Assembly: GCA_018712075.1 (NCBI GenBank)
Contig: DVHN01000002.1
Span: 7,222 to 71,221, forward strand
Source: Candidatus Fimimorpha faecalis
Lineage (GTDB): Bacteria; Bacillota; Clostridia; Lachnospirales; Lachnospiraceae
DNA: 64,000 nt
Direction: 5' to 3'
The position numbers and the translations under genes are program-made. This document shows positions 28,875-38,477 of the stretch, one piece after another. The notes under the pieces were generated by a model. The model saw only the letters and a program-made list of their open reading frames with translations, was not told the origin of the DNA and did no database searches. Position 1 is the first letter of the stretch. Each line of letters opens with the position of its first letter.

Positions 28875-30170
28875 TTAATTTTCTGCTTCAGAAGTTCCGT
28901 CTTCTGGTATATCAAATTCAGGATGAATGGTCAATTGAATTCGATCTATTCGATTCTTTTCCACTTGAAGAACTTTAAATGTCATATTACGATAAGAGAC
29001 TTCTTCCCCTTCCTTCGGAAGACGATCTAACAACTCAATAATAAATCCTCCAAGACTATCATAATCATCTGAGTGAATATTCAGTTCCAAAATCTCATTG
29101 ATATCATCCAACTTCATAGAAGCTTCAATATTATATTGATTCTCTCCAGTTTTTTGGAAAGCTTCTATCTCATTTTCATCATACTCGTCACGGATCTCAC
29201 CGACGATTTCTTCCAGTAAATCTTCCAGCGTAATCATTCCGACTGTTGCACCATATTCGTCCAAAACAATCGTTACATTTGATGAAGTTTCTCTCATTTC
29301 CTGCAACAGTTCCAGCGTAGAACTATGTTCATAAGTAAAATGAACTTCTCTTAAATAATTCCGAATTGAGAATGGTGTCTGATGATCATAGAGCAACACA
29401 TCTTTCATATTAATTACGCCAATTACATCATCCGTGCTCTCTTCATAGACAGGAAACCTCGTAAACATATCCTCACGAAAGATCTCCAACAGTTCATTGT
29501 ATGTGGCATCTACCTGTATAAAAGTAACGTCTACACGTGGAATCATAATATCTTTTGCCTGCGAATCACCAAAATCAAATACATTGGTAATCATTTTTCG
29601 TTCATCGCTTTCCAGTACCCCTTCTTCATGGCTGACATCTACCATGGCTCGAAGTTCACTTTCTGTAATCGTTTCAGGTTTGGCATCTGGGTCCACTCTA
29701 AGCAAAAATAATACGCCCCTTGACAGTATACCAACGAGAAAAATAACAGGAGTTAACACGATCATTAATCCATGAATAAAATTATAATACATCAATGCCA
29801 GTTTATCCGCAGATATCGTAGCAAAAGACTTTGGAGTAATCTCACCAAAAATCAAAACCAATAAGGTAATCACTCCTGTAGCAATACCAGCTCCACTACT
29901 GCCTAATAACTTTGTAGCTAGTACGGTTGCAAGAGAAGATGCGGATAAATTTACTACATTATTCCCTATCAATATGGCACTCAACATCTTGTCGGTACTG
30001 TTCTCTACCATATCTAAAACTTTTCCTGCTTTTTTGTTTCCCTCATTTTCCATTGAACGTAAACGAATACGATTACATGTCATTAATGCAGTTTCCGCAG
30101 ATGAAAATATTGCCGAAAAACCAATTAAAATGAGCAACATAATCAATTGTATGACGTCACCCGAATCCAA
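28875..30170 (-). CDS. CNNM/TlyC-type hemolysin-family protein (DUF21 membrane domain + CBS pair + CorC_HlyC)
   Basis: 431 aa. N-terminal four-TM DUF21 pattern (FSSAETALM...), a CBS pair region, and a C-terminal transporter-associated domain. TTG start with SD GGAGAG. Confidence 0.85.
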   Translation of the reverse strand: MDSGDVIQLIMLLILIGFSAIFSSAETALMTCNRIRLRSMENEGNKKAGKVLDMVENSTDKMLSAILIGNNVVNLSASSLATVLATKLLGSSGAGIATGVITLLVLIFGEITPKSFATISADKLALMYYNFIHGLMIVLTPVIFLVGILSRGVLFLLRVDPDAKPETITESELRAMVDVSHEEGVLESDERKMITNVFDFGDSQAKDIMIPRVDVTFIQVDATYNELLEIFREDMFTRFPVYEESTDDVIGVINMKDVLLYDHQTPFSIRNYLREVHFTYEHSSTLELLQEMRETSSNVTIVLDEYGATVGMITLEDLLEEIVGEIRDEYDENEIEAFQKTGENQYNIEASMKLDDINEILELNIHSDDYDSLGGFIIELLDRLPKEGEEVSYRNMTFKVLQVEKNRIDRIQLTIHPEFDIPEDGTSEAEN

Positions 30171-30250
30171 AGTAAATCACTCTCCATTTTTTATTATTTT
30201 ACTCTGTATTTCATACCTGACTTCTTGGTCTAAAAATACAGTTTGAAAAT

Positions 30251-30279
30251 ATTTTACACGAAACCCTTTGCTCTGTCAA
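30251..30279 (-). promoter_or_regulatory. Sigma-A type promoter for the CNNM/TlyC gene (-35 TTGACA, 17 nt, -10 TGTAAAAT)
   Basis: On the minus strand, TTGACA lies at 30279..30274 and TAAAAT at 30256..30251, preceded by TG. The spacer is exactly 17 nt. Confidence 0.6.
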
Positions 30280-30348
30280 GATTTTGTCTCTAAACTTTAA
30301 AAATCAGGTATTTTATACAGCCCCATTCTATCAGGTTTGTATTCATTA

Positions 30349-33300
30349 TTAATCATCTAATATTTCCAGCTCTCTCTTATCCACTGACTTCATTTGCTTT
30401 CTTGCAAAAATATCGTACATAACTGGAATTACAAACAATGTCATGATCGTTGCATAAGTCAGACCTCCAACAGTAACAATTGCAATCGGCTGCATCATAT
30501 CGGCTCCGCTGCCGATTCCCATTGCCATTGTCATAAGTCCCAGTATTGTTGTAATTGCAGTCATTAAAATTGGACGCATACGAGTCTTTCCTGCTTCTAT
30601 AATAGCTTCTCTTCGCTCCCATCCTTCTAATCGAAGTTGATTAATATAATCTACTAATACAATACCATTATTTACAACGACTCCAGATAACATAATAAAT
30701 CCAATTGCCGCAATGACACTAATTTCATTTCCAGTCAAAAATAATCCTAAAAAACCTCCTGTAAATGCAAGTGGAATCGTAAACATAACAATAAACGGAG
30801 ATAAAAACGATTGAAATTGTGCTACCATAATAAAATAAATCATAATAACACCTAGTAACATCATCTGTATTAGCTGTTCCATTGCATCATTGATTGTTAC
30901 ATTTTCTCCAGATACTTCAATCTTGCATCCGTCTGGCGGTTCATATTCCTCCAACGCTTTATTTAAGTCTTCACTGACTAAACCAATATTGTATCCGTCT
31001 GCGATGGATGCAGAAACTGTTAATACCCGCTTTTGCTGTTCTCGATTAATGGAGGATAATGTCTCCGTTTCCTCTATTTTCGCAACATCTTTTAATGCAA
31101 TCGCTTTTGTTGTACCATCTGCCTGTGTTACAGTAAATTCATAGTTTTCCAAATCTTCTGGTGTCATAGTATTTGTTCCATCTGATACAATTGTAGAATA
31201 GGATTGACCATCCTCTTCAATATCTGTGGAAGAAGTTGGATCTGCTAACTCCGTCTTCAAATCCATATAGGCTTGCGCTACAGTTAATCCTGACTCCATT
31301 GCTTTTTCTTTATCAATAATAATACGAAGTTCTGGAATTGGATCATTGATTCCATTGGACACGTCTTCGGTTCCTTCTATATCAGCCACAATTTCTGCTA
31401 TTTCACTTGCAGCTTCTTTTAACGTATCAATCTCTTCACCAAATACTTTTATTGAAATTCCAGAACCACCCAAAGCGCTCAAATCCATATTGGACCCCGT
31501 CGCAGTTACTTCCCCGTCCAGGTCTTGACAAGCTTCTTCAATTTGAACTGCAATTTCCTGACTTGTATCGTTTCTCTTTTCCTCTAACACAACATAAAAC
31601 GTAACTGAGCGAGTATTCGTTCCCCCTCCGCTCATTAAACTATTGGAGCTCATAATTGCCCCAACGGTATTTACACCTTCAATTTCCTGAATTCGCTGTG
31701 TTACTTCGTCTGCCATGGCAGTTGTATCCTCTAATTTTGCTTCTTTTGGCATTGTCAGAGTTGCAGTTAGCTGATTACTGTCCGATTCTGGCATAAATGC
31801 AGTGCCTCTGGAAAACGATGCAGCAACGCTTCCTGCTAAAATTAATACTACGAGAACGATGACCAGCCATTTATGAATCAAACATTTCTCTACTAACTTT
31901 TCATAACGATCCAGCATCTTATCGAAAAGAACTTGTTTTTTCAAAGATGCTTTTTTTAATAAACCAACGGACATCGTTGGTACTAGCGTCAAGGCAATCA
32001 CTAAACTTGCAAGTAAGGAATATGCAATGGTTAATCCCATATCTACGAATAACTGCCTTGTAATTCCCTCTACAAATACAATTGGTAAGAAAACACAAAT
32101 CGTTGTTAATGTAGAAGAAGTAATTGCTCCTGCCACTTGGGCGGCTCCCGATACAGCTGCTTGAATTATCGTTGCTCCCTTACTTTTTAACCGATAAATA
32201 TTTTCAATTACTACAACGGAATTATCTACCAGCATTCCAACTCCAACAGCCAGACCAGAAAGCGAAATTACATTTAACGTTACCCCTGAAAAATACATTA
32301 ATACAATTGCAAAAATTACACTGACAGGGATGGAACATGCAATAATCATAGTAGGTTTGATATCCTTCAAGAATAGAATCAAAATTGCAATTGCCAACAA
32401 TCCGCCCATAATCAGATTATCCAGTACGGAATCTACAACTAAATTAATATAAACACCTTGATCCATTAGATTTGTAAAACGTAATCCTGGATATTGTTCT
32501 TCTAACTCTCGGAATGTCTGATTGAGTTGTTCCGATACCTCTGTAGTAGAATATGTATTTTGTTTTTGTATGGACAAAATCAAACTATCATTCCCATTTA
32601 CTTTTGCATAAGAAGCTGCTGAATGGTCTACATAGGAAATTTCTGCCACATCTTCTAACATAATTGGGTCAATTCCTTCTATCTTTGGATCAAATAATAG
32701 CAATTTTTTCATTTCCGAAATATCGGTAATTTTATCCCCAACTCGTACTAAGTAAGAAGTATCTCCTTCTTTCACATATCCAGCAGGCATATTAAAGTTT
32801 TGTGCCTGAAGCAGGGACCGAATCGCTTCGTTTGTGATCTTTCCATCTAGAGTCGCTTCTTCTAATGCTTTTGCTTCGGCCTCCTCCAACGCTTCTCTTT
32901 GCTCCTGTAACTGTGCTTCGGCTTCTTTCATCTGTTCATTTGCCTCATCCAGTTGCTTTTGTGCTTCCTGCTGCTGTTTTGTCAATTCTTTTTCCTGTGT
33001 ATTTAACTCATCCTGATTATCGGTAACCGTTGTTTCCCCACTTTGAATTTGTTGTCTTGCCGTATTTAATGCTTGTTTTGCCTGTTCCAACTGCGTTTTG
33101 GATAAATTTAGCTGCGCTTCAAACTGAGCCGTCACATTTTTAGAAGTGTCTACCGAAACCCTTGCACTTTCTGCTACCGATTGTTTCATCTCATAAGAAA
33201 CTTTATTTAACGCCAACTCTTGTTCCTTGGCAACTACTTCTTGTAATTGCTCTTCTAACTGACTCAGCTGTGTTAAAATGGAATCTTGCTCGGAATAATC

Positions 33301-34584
33301 TACTGATTGAACCGATTTTGCTGCCATTTTTTTAATAGGCTCATCTACTTTTTCCGTTTTCTCCTTTTTTATTTCTTCCTTTGTTGTGGACTCCTTTTCT
33401 TTTGTTTTTTCCTCTGACTCCGTTGTGGACTCTTTTGTCTGTTCTTTGGATTCCTTTGAGGTTTCTTTGGAAGTTTCTTTAGAAGGAATTTCTTCTTTCT
33501 CTGTAGCTTCTTCACTAGTACTTGGTTTTATCTCAAAACTTGGAGTTTCTAGTTCTAAATTAGTCAACTGTTCCTTTAATTCTGCAATTTGAGCTTCCAG
33601 TTGAGCCCGTTCTTGTTTTAACTCTATTTCCTTTTGCTCATTTTCTGCTTTTAATTGTGCTGCTTCCTGTTCCAACGCCACTGCCTGCGCCTCTGCCTGC
33701 GCATTCTCTTCATTCGCAGCTGCCACTGCTTTTTCCAGTTCTTTTATTACTATTTCCAATTGCTGAATTTCCGTTTCTTTTTCCTGCAATTCACTTTCCA
33801 TCTGTGCCATTTGAATTTCTGACTTCAGCAATTCTAACTTTCCACTTAACATCCCTTGACTAAAATCAATCGATCCATCTGAAAACATACTCAATTGATT
33901 ATTTAGCTCTTGTTTTCCAGTTTCCAGCTCACTTTCCGCTGCATCCAGCTGCTCTCTGGCCTCACTCATCTGTTTTTGTATTGCTTCTTTTATTTTCTCG
34001 TTGATCTGCTCAATTTTCTCTTGATCCAGCACAACTTGAATTTCCTTTTCAATATCTCCACTGATTGAAACACTTGCAACTCCGCTTACGCCTTCTAATT
34101 TGGATAACAGTTCATTATTTACAATCGAACTTAACTCTTCTGTTGATTTTTGCTCCATATCGACAGCTGCCGTTATAATTGGAAGCATATCGGGACTTAC
34201 CTTCGTAATAATCGGATTGCTAACCGACTCTGTCCAATAAGAAGACAGTAAATCCAACTTCTCTCTTGTATCAATTGTAGCAGATTCCATATTAACAGAA
34301 TCATCAAATTCCAATATAACCGTAGATTGTCCCTGCGAGGAAACAGATGTTACATTTTCAATATGGTCCAATGTTGCCATCGCCTGTTCAATTGGTTTGG
34401 TAACAATTAGTTCTACTTCTTCTGGACTTCCTCCCTCATAACTTGTTACAACAACCATATATGGAAGACTAATCTCAGGAAGTAGATCTGTAGTCATTTT
34501 CGTCCAGGACACAATCCCCAATACTAAAATCATCAACACTGCCACAATGACTGTATATGGTTTTTTCACACTATATTTCCACAT
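30349..34584 (-). CDS. RND-superfamily efflux permease (AcrB/HAE-type) with a coiled-coil insertion of about 390 aa in the first extracytoplasmic loop
   Basis: N-terminal RND block (KKPYTVIVAVLMILVLGIVSWTKMTTDLLPEISLPYMVVVTSYEGGSPEEVE), two 6-TM bundles, and a C-terminal block (MRPILMTAITTILGLMTMAMG...VIPVMYDIF). I set the start at the ATG at 34584 (MWKYSV), which has the SD GGGAG. Typical family members are about 1000-1050 aa. Confidence 0.9.
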   Translation of the reverse strand: MWKYSVKKPYTVIVAVLMILVLGIVSWTKMTTDLLPEISLPYMVVVTSYEGGSPEEVELIVTKPIEQAMATLDHIENVTSVSSQGQSTVILEFDDSVNMESATIDTREKLDLLSSYWTESVSNPIITKVSPDMLPIITAAVDMEQKSTEELSSIVNNELLSKLEGVSGVASVSISGDIEKEIQVVLDQEKIEQINEKIKEAIQKQMSEAREQLDAAESELETGKQELNNQLSMFSDGSIDFSQGMLSGKLELLKSEIQMAQMESELQEKETEIQQLEIVIKELEKAVAAANEENAQAEAQAVALEQEAAQLKAENEQKEIELKQERAQLEAQIAELKEQLTNLELETPSFEIKPSTSEEATEKEEIPSKETSKETSKESKEQTKESTTESEEKTKEKESTTKEEIKKEKTEKVDEPIKKMAAKSVQSVDYSEQDSILTQLSQLEEQLQEVVAKEQELALNKVSYEMKQSVAESARVSVDTSKNVTAQFEAQLNLSKTQLEQAKQALNTARQQIQSGETTVTDNQDELNTQEKELTKQQQEAQKQLDEANEQMKEAEAQLQEQREALEEAEAKALEEATLDGKITNEAIRSLLQAQNFNMPAGYVKEGDTSYLVRVGDKITDISEMKKLLLFDPKIEGIDPIMLEDVAEISYVDHSAASYAKVNGNDSLILSIQKQNTYSTTEVSEQLNQTFRELEEQYPGLRFTNLMDQGVYINLVVDSVLDNLIMGGLLAIAILILFLKDIKPTMIIACSIPVSVIFAIVLMYFSGVTLNVISLSGLAVGVGMLVDNSVVVIENIYRLKSKGATIIQAAVSGAAQVAGAITSSTLTTICVFLPIVFVEGITRQLFVDMGLTIAYSLLASLVIALTLVPTMSVGLLKKASLKKQVLFDKMLDRYEKLVEKCLIHKWLVIVLVVLILAGSVAASFSRGTAFMPESDSNQLTATLTMPKEAKLEDTTAMADEVTQRIQEIEGVNTVGAIMSSNSLMSGGGTNTRSVTFYVVLEEKRNDTSQEIAVQIEEACQDLDGEVTATGSNMDLSALGGSGISIKVFGEEIDTLKEAASEIAEIVADIEGTEDVSNGINDPIPELRIIIDKEKAMESGLTVAQAYMDLKTELADPTSSTDIEEDGQSYSTIVSDGTNTMTPEDLENYEFTVTQADGTTKAIALKDVAKIEETETLSSINREQQKRVLTVSASIADGYNIGLVSEDLNKALEEYEPPDGCKIEVSGENVTINDAMEQLIQMMLLGVIMIYFIMVAQFQSFLSPFIVMFTIPLAFTGGFLGLFLTGNEISVIAAIGFIMLSGVVVNNGIVLVDYINQLRLEGWERREAIIEAGKTRMRPILMTAITTILGLMTMAMGIGSGADMMQPIAIVTVGGLTYATIMTLFVIPVMYDIFARKQMKSVDKRELEILDD

Positions 34585-34617
34585 AACTTCTCCCATCCAT
34601 AAATAGAGTAAATTTCC

Positions 34618-35256
34618 CTAATTTATTTCCCTTTCACGAAGCATTGCCTCTTTTTTCGAATATACACAACCACAGAAATTTTGTCGGTATAATTGATATT
34701 CCTGCGACAACTGTATCGAACGCTTATATCCATCCTTTTTCTTAAAATCAGAATATAAATAACTTACTTGGTACTCTTGTTCTAATTTACGTCCAATTTC
34801 ATTTAGCTTTTCTGCTTTTTTTAACGGACTAATGGAAAGCGTTGTCGTAAAGTAATCAAAACCTTTTTGCTTTGCAAGGATCGCCGTCTCTCTAAGCCGA
34901 AGTTCATAACACCGAAAGCATCGCTCCCCTCCTTCTGGAATATCTTCCAACCCTTTTGACGCCTCAAAAAATCGTTCTGGCTCGTATTTTCCTACAATAC
35001 AATCTACAGGATTTTTAAAAGACATGGATGCAATCAATCTCTGCTGCTCTTTTACTCTTTTTTCAAATTCTTCTTTTGGTGAAATATTAGGATTATAATA
35101 AAATATAGTAATCGAAAAATAATTCGACAAATATTCCAGCACATAGCTGCTGCATGGAGCACAGCAACTATGAAGCAGCAATTTAGGAACAATCTGCTCT
35201 TTTTGTAATTGTTCTAATTTCCGTTCCAATTCTTTTTGATAATTTACTTTCTGCAT
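34618..35256 (-). CDS. queH: Epoxyqueuosine reductase QueH (DUF208)
   Basis: 212 aa with LLLHSCCAPCSSYVLEYL and later CxxC/C motifs (CFRCYELRL, FCGCVYS) typical of QueH. Confidence 0.88.
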   Translation of the reverse strand: MQKVNYQKELERKLEQLQKEQIVPKLLLHSCCAPCSSYVLEYLSNYFSITIFYYNPNISPKEEFEKRVKEQQRLIASMSFKNPVDCIVGKYEPERFFEASKGLEDIPEGGERCFRCYELRLRETAILAKQKGFDYFTTTLSISPLKKAEKLNEIGRKLEQEYQVSYLYSDFKKKDGYKRSIQLSQEYQLYRQNFCGCVYSKKEAMLREREIN

Positions 35257-35315
35257 AAGCTCCCCCTTAATTCTATGACATTGTTAATACTACATTTTCT
35301 CACAGAGAAACGAAC

Positions 35316-35340
35316 AAGGGCATCTGAAGATGCCTCTTCA
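35316..35340 (-). terminator. Candidate terminator after rpoD
   Basis: Imperfect hairpin AAGGGCATC-TGAA-GATGCCTCTT, about 30 nt after the rpoD stop. A T-rich tail follows on the minus strand. Confidence 0.45.
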
Positions 35341-35368
35341 AATACCCTTCCCATTCCAACTTTATTAT

Positions 35369-36484
35369 TTAAAGAAAGTCACGAATTCGTTTGCTTCTAA
35401 CAGGGTTACGAAGTTTACGTAACGCTTTTGCTTCGATCTGACGAATACGTTCTCTTGTGACATTAAATTCTTTTCCAACTTCTTCCAATGTCCGAGGATG
35501 TCCATCTTCCAAGCCAAAGCGCAATACAATTACCTGACGTTCTCTTTCTTTTAAATCTTCCAGTAAAGAATCAATATGCTCACGCAGCATAACCGATTCT
35601 ACATTTCCTTCTGGTGTTACTGCATTATTGTCTGCTACAAAATCTCCTAAATTTGAATCATCTTCTTCCCCAATTGGTGTTTCCAATGATGCTGGTTCTC
35701 TTGCAATCTGCATAATTTCCATAACCTTGTCTTCTGACATATCCAATGCTTTCGCAAGTTCTGTTACAGACGGCTCATATCCAAGATCCAATGTCAATTT
35801 ACGCTGCATCTTAGACATCTTATTAATTGTTTCAACCATATGAACTGGTACACGGATTGTCCTTGCCTGATCTGCCAATGCTCTTGTCACAGACTGGCGA
35901 ATCCACCATGTCGCATATGTACTTAACTTATATCCTTTTGTATAGTCAAATTTTTCTACGCCTTTGATCAGTCCAAGATTTCCTTCCTGAACTAAATCTA
36001 AAAAACTCATACCTCTTCCAGTGTAACGTTTCGCAATACTGACCACGAGACGAAGGTTCGCTTCAATTAACCGTTCCTTCGCATACGTACTTCCTTCTGC
36101 CTTTTTCTTTGCAAGATCCAGCTCTTCCTCTGCACTTAAAAGTGGAACGGTTCCAATCTCCTTTAAATACATACGTACTGGATCCTCTGTTCCGATCCCT
36201 TCTAACAGATCAATGGCATCCAAATCAATCTCTTCTTCTTCTGCGGAAAAATCAATATCTTTGTCCAGTAATAATGCATCATCTGCTGCCATATCGTCAT
36301 CCATAGGACGAAGTACATCAATCTTTTTCGCTTCCAGATAGCTATAAACATACTCCCATTCTTCTGGTGTCAATACTTCGCCAACGAAAAAATCATTAAT
36401 GTCATTGAAATCCAGAGCTTTATTTTTTCCATTTCCAATTTCGACAAGTTTTCCCAGACGTTCGTTTAAAATCTCTTTTTCCAT
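35369..36484 (-). CDS. rpoD: Primary RNA polymerase sigma factor (sigma-70/SigA)
   Basis: 371 aa. Contains regions 1.2 to 4.2, including [45 protein letters not shown] and [28 protein letters not shown]. Confidence 0.96.
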   Translation of the reverse strand: MEKEILNERLGKLVEIGNGKNKALDFNDINDFFVGEVLTPEEWEYVYSYLEAKKIDVLRPMDDDMAADDALLLDKDIDFSAEEEEIDLDAIDLLEGIGTEDPVRMYLKEIGTVPLLSAEEELDLAKKKAEGSTYAKERLIEANLRLVVSIAKRYTGRGMSFLDLVQEGNLGLIKGVEKFDYTKGYKLSTYATWWIRQSVTRALADQARTIRVPVHMVETINKMSKMQRKLTLDLGYEPSVTELAKALDMSEDKVMEIMQIAREPASLETPIGEEDDSNLGDFVADNNAVTPEGNVESVMLREHIDSLLEDLKERERQVIVLRFGLEDGHPRTLEEVGKEFNVTRERIRQIEAKALRKLRNPVRSKRIRDFL

Positions 36485-36671
36485 CGCACATTGTCCTTTC
36501 TGTTTATAGGCCTCATAACGTATCCGTATCCATAATGTCTGTTTTCATCCTTATTATTATATGACAGTTTACAAATATTTTCTGCAAAATTCTGCCCGTT
36601 TTTTTATAACAGAACATACTTCCACAAATTAGTATTATACTATATTATTTCCGCTTTGTAAAGTATTTATG

Positions 36672-37565
36672 TCAGTTTTTTTTTAAGCTTGCAATACAAA
36701 CTGCTTCTTTATGTATTACTACATCTGTATCGCAACAATCTCCTCCAAATTCACCATCTAACGTCCAACTCACTGGTTCATCACTGTGAATTTTTAGTTC
36801 TGCACATTTAAATGTTACAATATATTTTGGATCTTTTTCTTTTGATAATAAATTAGAAAGGATCATTGGAAATTCTATCGGATTTTCTGGATGTTTCACA
36901 AGCATAACTTCAAATAATCCATCGTCCATACTAACATTACTTCCGACAATCCCTTTTATTCCTCCAACACTTGTCGCATTTGAAATCATTCCAAAAAGAT
37001 AATCACCTTCTACGACTTGATCGTTATATTCCATTAACATATGAATCGGCTTAATGGTACCAATTTTTTTCATTGCTTCCAATACATATGCCTGATGACC
37101 AATTAGATTTTTTGTTTGTTGTGGTGTCATATAAGACACATCAGAAAACGCACCAAATGCTGCAACATATACAAAATATCGGTTTCCAAACTGTCCAACA
37201 TCGTATGGATTCCATTCTCCTTTCATAACGATTTCAGCTGCACGCATCACATTTTTCGGAAGTCCTATGCTTGCTCCAAAATCATTTGTGGAACCCGCTG
37301 GAATATAGCCAACTGGAGGTTTCTTTTTCAAAGTCATTAATCCAGAAACAACTTCATTTAATGTACCATCACCACCACTACAGACGATTAGATCATACTT
37401 TGAGCCTTTTTTAGCTACAATTGATGTTGCTTCTTCCTTACACTGGGTTGCCTGTATTGTAATTTCATATCCATTTTGATTGAATAAATAAATAACATCG
37501 CTTAAACGGTTTTTAATCTTTCCCTTTCCAGAAAATGGATTAAAAATAAATAGTAATTTTTTCAA
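36672..37565 (-). CDS. Diacylglycerol/lipid kinase family protein (YegS/DagK/BmrU type)
   Basis: 297 aa with FNPFSGKGK and the catalytic GGDGTLNEV motif. TTG start with SD GGGAGGA. Confidence 0.88.
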   Translation of the reverse strand: MKKLLFIFNPFSGKGKIKNRLSDVIYLFNQNGYEITIQATQCKEEATSIVAKKGSKYDLIVCSGGDGTLNEVVSGLMTLKKKPPVGYIPAGSTNDFGASIGLPKNVMRAAEIVMKGEWNPYDVGQFGNRYFVYVAAFGAFSDVSYMTPQQTKNLIGHQAYVLEAMKKIGTIKPIHMLMEYNDQVVEGDYLFGMISNATSVGGIKGIVGSNVSMDDGLFEVMLVKHPENPIEFPMILSNLLSKEKDPKYIVTFKCAELKIHSDEPVSWTLDGEFGGDCCDTDVVIHKEAVCIASLKKN

Positions 37566-37732
37566 GAGTGATTCCTCCCTTTTTATTTATCTTTTTATGT
37601 TACCATAATGTACTCTATTTTTCCAGATAAATTTTTATAACAAGATTTTGTAATTTTTTAACTAAATATTAATTTTTAATTGAGTTTCTTTTATTTTATA
37701 GGAATTCTGTCAATTTAATCTTAAAAATTATA

Positions 37733-37761
37733 TTGACTTTTTTAACAAATCCACCGATACT
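37733..37761 (+). promoter_or_regulatory. Candidate promoter (-35 TTGACT, 17 nt, -10 GATACT)
   Basis: The hexamers lie at 37733..37738 and 37756..37761, about 40 nt upstream of the TTG start of the 154-aa gene. Confidence 0.4.
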
Positions 37762-37802
37762 AAATTTATCTTATCATCTTATTATAGAAAGGAGACTGTA
37801 AC

Positions 37803-38267
37803 TTGAAAAAACTCAAAAAACAATTTTTATTATTACTCTCATTTATTGCATCTGTAATAGCTCTAATTATCACTTTTCAAACAAAAGGACGATTAAAAGA
37901 ATCCATTCCTTTCGCTGGATATACCCACAGCCATTTAACCAAAAAAACTTCCGAGTATATAATCGCTTCAAAACCAAAACAATTTCAAAAAGGAATCTTA
38001 AAAATAATCTTTGGCACATTAACTTATGATATGAGTCACCTTCAGTTTCCAGATGTTTCTTATTTGGAATGTGATGTGCATCTCGGAACTCTTACTATTT
38101 TAGTACCTCCTAATGTAAACGTTATATTAGAAGGTAACTCTATTTTGGGAAATTGTGCATCACTTACAGGACATTATTTAAACGATGATATCCCTCAGCT
38201 TCATATAAAAGCTCACGCTTACATTGCCAATGTTTCTATTCGTTGTATTGACGATTTTCAGTCCTAG
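37803..38267 (+). CDS. Small membrane-anchored protein with a LiaF-C-terminal-like (DUF2154-like) beta domain, tentative
   Basis: 154 aa with an N-terminal TM helix (LLLLSFIASVIALIITF). The C-terminal repetitive beta pattern (GTLTILVPPNVNVILEGNSILGN) resembles cell-wall-stress LiaF-type domains. TTG start with SD AAAGGAG. Confidence 0.5.
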   Translation: MKKLKKQFLLLLSFIASVIALIITFQTKGRLKESIPFAGYTHSHLTKKTSEYIIASKPKQFQKGILKIIFGTLTYDMSHLQFPDVSYLECDVHLGTLTILVPPNVNVILEGNSILGNCASLTGHYLNDDIPQLHIKAHAYIANVSIRCIDDFQS

Positions 38268-38366
38268 ATGACTCAAAATTTTATTCATAATGATTGCATA
38301 TTCTCAAGGATATGTTATAATAAATATGTACTTTTTTAGGATTACCTATGCTTGATAATCCAAAAC

Positions 38367-38395
38367 AAAAAGAACCTCTACTAGAGTTTCTTTTT
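38367..38395 (+). terminator. Candidate terminator after the 154-aa gene
   Basis: Hairpin AAAGAA-C-CTCT-ACT-AGAG-T-TTCTTT followed by TT. It has one mismatch and modest strength. Confidence 0.4.
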
Positions 38396-38477
38396 GTATA
38401 TTACAATAATAAAACCATTACGTGAACGGATAACTCTTATCTTTATTTCCCGTTCCAGATAATTATGAGGCAAAACT

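Noticed and set aside
30171-30348. Possible Mg2+ (M-box) or other riboswitch upstream of the CNNM/CorC-type gene
   Set aside because: A near-consensus promoter at 30251..30279 leaves a leader of only about 75 nt. This is too short for an M-box, and I saw none of its conserved helices.
38348-38425. 25-aa plus-strand ORF (MLDNPKQKEPLLEFLFVYYNNKTIT) between the LiaF-like gene and pncB
   Set aside because: It has only a weak AGGA upstream, and it spans the terminator hairpin of the preceding gene. It is most likely a chance frame.
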